From Magallana gigas (Eukaryota), in NCBI RefSeq assembly GCF_963853765.1, contig NC_088862.1, forward strand, positions 23,002,001 through 23,066,000: a DNA stretch of 64,000 nt, written 5' to 3'. Under the pieces are notes generated by a model that saw only the letters and a list, made by a program, of their open reading frames with translations, was not told the origin of the DNA and ran no database searches. The translations under genes were made by a program, and so were the position numbers. The stretch's first letter is position 1; each line of letters starts with the position of its first letter. Of the stretch, positions 62,922 to 64,000 are shown in pieces.

Positions 62922-63225
62922 AGTTCAGAAATGTAGAAAATTTATCGGTCAGTCATTGAGTTGTCTTATCACTTTTTTCTTAAAAGGTTGGTTTAGTATT
63001 TTTAAAATCTGTCTTTATTTGTATAAAAGAAATGTTTTATGTGATAAAAAATTTTTCACGTACGTATATACATTTTTGTTTAATGAGTTTGTAATCTAGA
63101 ATAAAAGATTCAATCGCTTTCAGACTTGCACTCTTTCCAGATAGTGTGTTATTATATCAAGCACTTAAAATAATTGAAATGCGATTTAAGAAAACTTATT
63201 TTTAGATCTGTCAAAGTAATCATTT

Positions 63226-63304
<79 letters not shown>

Positions 63305-64000
63305 GGGACTTCAGATACCCGGACGCCAGATATCCGGACGTTCAGTTGTCGGACGATTTTATTTGGGAACATATTTTTTATACTTTATTTTGTCTCATTT
63401 TTCCGAAAATCCGCGTTTCGGACCCAGACGGCCTTTTTTTTTTACCACAAAACACAGTTCAACTATCAATTTTGCTTTATTTAACCAGATGAAAAAAATA
63501 TTACGTTACCCCACTCATTACTTCTGTCATTTAGTTTCACATCTTATTTCAGGTGTTACCTGTAGACCCTCACGAGTAGCTTTTATAAAATCTCTTATTT
63601 CCAATTGCCAATTGCCGACAATGCTTATAGTCAGACAGGATAAACAATACCTCACTACACAAGGCTTTGGCATCGTTATCTCGTGTTTTTTTAAATCTCC
63701 CCTTAATTCAAAAGAAGGATGTGCAAATTTAATTTAATTAAGTTTTACATATCTTGGTGGTTTATATATTCAAAGAAGTTATCTTAAACGGATTGTCTCA
63801 TGAATGCATTGTTAGATTATTTCAAAACCGGAAGTAGACTTAGAAAACAAAATGAAAGCATGTTAACTCATCGTAAGTGCATCGGTGTAAATTTATAGTT
63901 AGAAATGTTTAATTTTAACAAACTGATAAACGTTTTTGAAGAATAAAAATGAGTTTTAAAAAATAAATCATCAATTTTGTGGAAATTGGCGTGTCGTGAA

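Noticed and set aside
63303-63737. 144-aa ORF starting right after a (TA)n tract
   Set aside because: GTG start, no motifs, and internal ATCCGGAC-type repeats suggest the end of a transposon running toward the window edge. It cannot be classified.

Overview
AT-rich, intron-containing animal genomic DNA, most likely an oyster (Crassostrea/Magallana type; inferred from a ~166-bp satellite carried in a Helentron-like element and from the repeat landscape). Most entries in the ORF track are single exons or artefacts, so I assembled gene models by hand from GT-AG boundaries and exon phase. (1) The + strand carries a tandem array of five paralogous secreted fibrinogen-related proteins: signal peptide, PAN/Apple-like domain, 19-nt linker micro-exon, then a fibrinogen C-terminal (FReD) domain. 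Copy 1 is 5'-truncated by the window edge, copies 2-4 are intact (304-306 aa), and copy 5 lacks a recognisable exon 3. (2) Between FReD copies 1 and 2, the - strand carries two tandem paralogous ~300-aa type-I membrane proteins with a signal peptide, an unrecognised 6-Cys domain, an EB/EGF-like 6-Cys module, a GxxxG transmembrane helix and a tail with four acidic-Tyr (ITAM/hemITAM-like) motifs. Each receptor gene also contains a duplicated exon carrying an in-frame stop. (3) Mobile DNA includes a disrupted Tc1 element with intact TIRs and TA TSD, a Tc1 remnant, a decayed DIRS-type retroelement, a Kolobok-like non-autonomous element, a Helentron/HINE carrying a satellite array, MITEs, a possible solo LTR with a tRNA-like cassette, and many long hairpins. 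There are five N gaps. The locus looks like a rapidly evolving innate-immune cluster of soluble lectin-like proteins and signalling receptors; any functional link between the two families is inference only.
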